A DNA stretch of 63,130 nt, counting the filler, from Rhabdomonas costata (Eukaryota): NCBI GenBank assembly GCA_019059605.1. It is 22 parts of 22 records of this genome, joined end to end, with 100 filler letters (N's around TTAATTAATTAA, not from the genome) between each part and the next. Parts side by side here need not be neighbours in the genome. Positions count along the whole stretch, not along the records: positions 60,363 to 63,130 come from JAHMHO010002102.1; 21 more parts are not named here. One strand, 5' to 3'. The position numbers and the translations under genes are program-made. Positions 62,794 through 63,130 of this stretch are shown here, one piece after another; positions within the stretch are counted from its first letter, which is position 1; every line of letters starts with the position of its first letter. A model generated the notes under the pieces. It saw only the letters and a program-made list of their open reading frames with translations. It was not told the DNA's origin and searched no databases.

Positions 62794-63130
62794 GTGTGGA
62801 CGCTGTGGCTTTTGTGAAGCTTGGCGGCAGGGGGAAGGGAAGGAGCAATAACCTTCTCCGATAACCGTCAACCTGTGACAAAACTCTGTGATCATTTTTG
62901 ATAATTTCGGGGTTTTCTCATTTTTGGCCATTTATGGAGGTTGTCTTTGCTAAAAAGGTGTCTTTTCTATGCAGTCCGTGGCACAGAGGTTTTGGCACTT
63001 GTTGGTAATGTGGTGAGCTCATTTGGAAGTAAGCTAATTATGACGGAAATTAGTCACGGAACTGCCGCACAGGTACATGAGTTTTGCAGCGGCAGGGTCA
63101 CAATTCAGACAATTTACACATTATCCCAGG

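Noticed and set aside
1-63130. Equal-sized, G/T-capped pieces as nanochromosomes or minicircle cassettes
   Set aside because: Genes are cut mid-exon at the ends, the caps have no repeat unit, and equal lengths are expected from a length-sorted assembly.

Overview
This window is not one locus. It is 22 unrelated contigs of about 2.76-2.78 kb each, joined by 100-nt artificial spacers (44 N + TTAATTAATTAA + 44 N). The DNA is an intron-rich eukaryotic (protist) nuclear genome in the standard genetic code, with GT-AG introns whose donors are unusually degenerate (GT-N-Y). A euglenid/euglenozoan source is my inference, not a demonstrated result. Most contigs start with G/T-only and end with A/C-only runs, and three have terminal fold-backs, which points to single-cell whole-genome amplification. 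Reconstructable genes are PDX2 (partial), a complete RRM+RS splicing factor, and fragments of kelch, PPR, RING-H2, ankyrin, disintegrin-repeat and degenerate nucleotide-cyclase genes. There is also an intronless secreted GATase-like protein and a family of modular Cys-rich surface proteins built only from phase-1 one-domain exons. The most unusual signals are in contigs 18-20. These include Merlin/IS1595-type transposase relics sharing a ~46-bp terminal motif, one copy of which lies inside an apparent intron that splits the transposase between its DNA-binding and DDE halves. Alongside are a decayed DUF5906-type primase-helicase (virus/Polinton-like) and an AT-rich kinase relic. No rRNA, tRNA or CRISPR array was recognised. 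All family assignments come from motif recognition by eye, not from searches.
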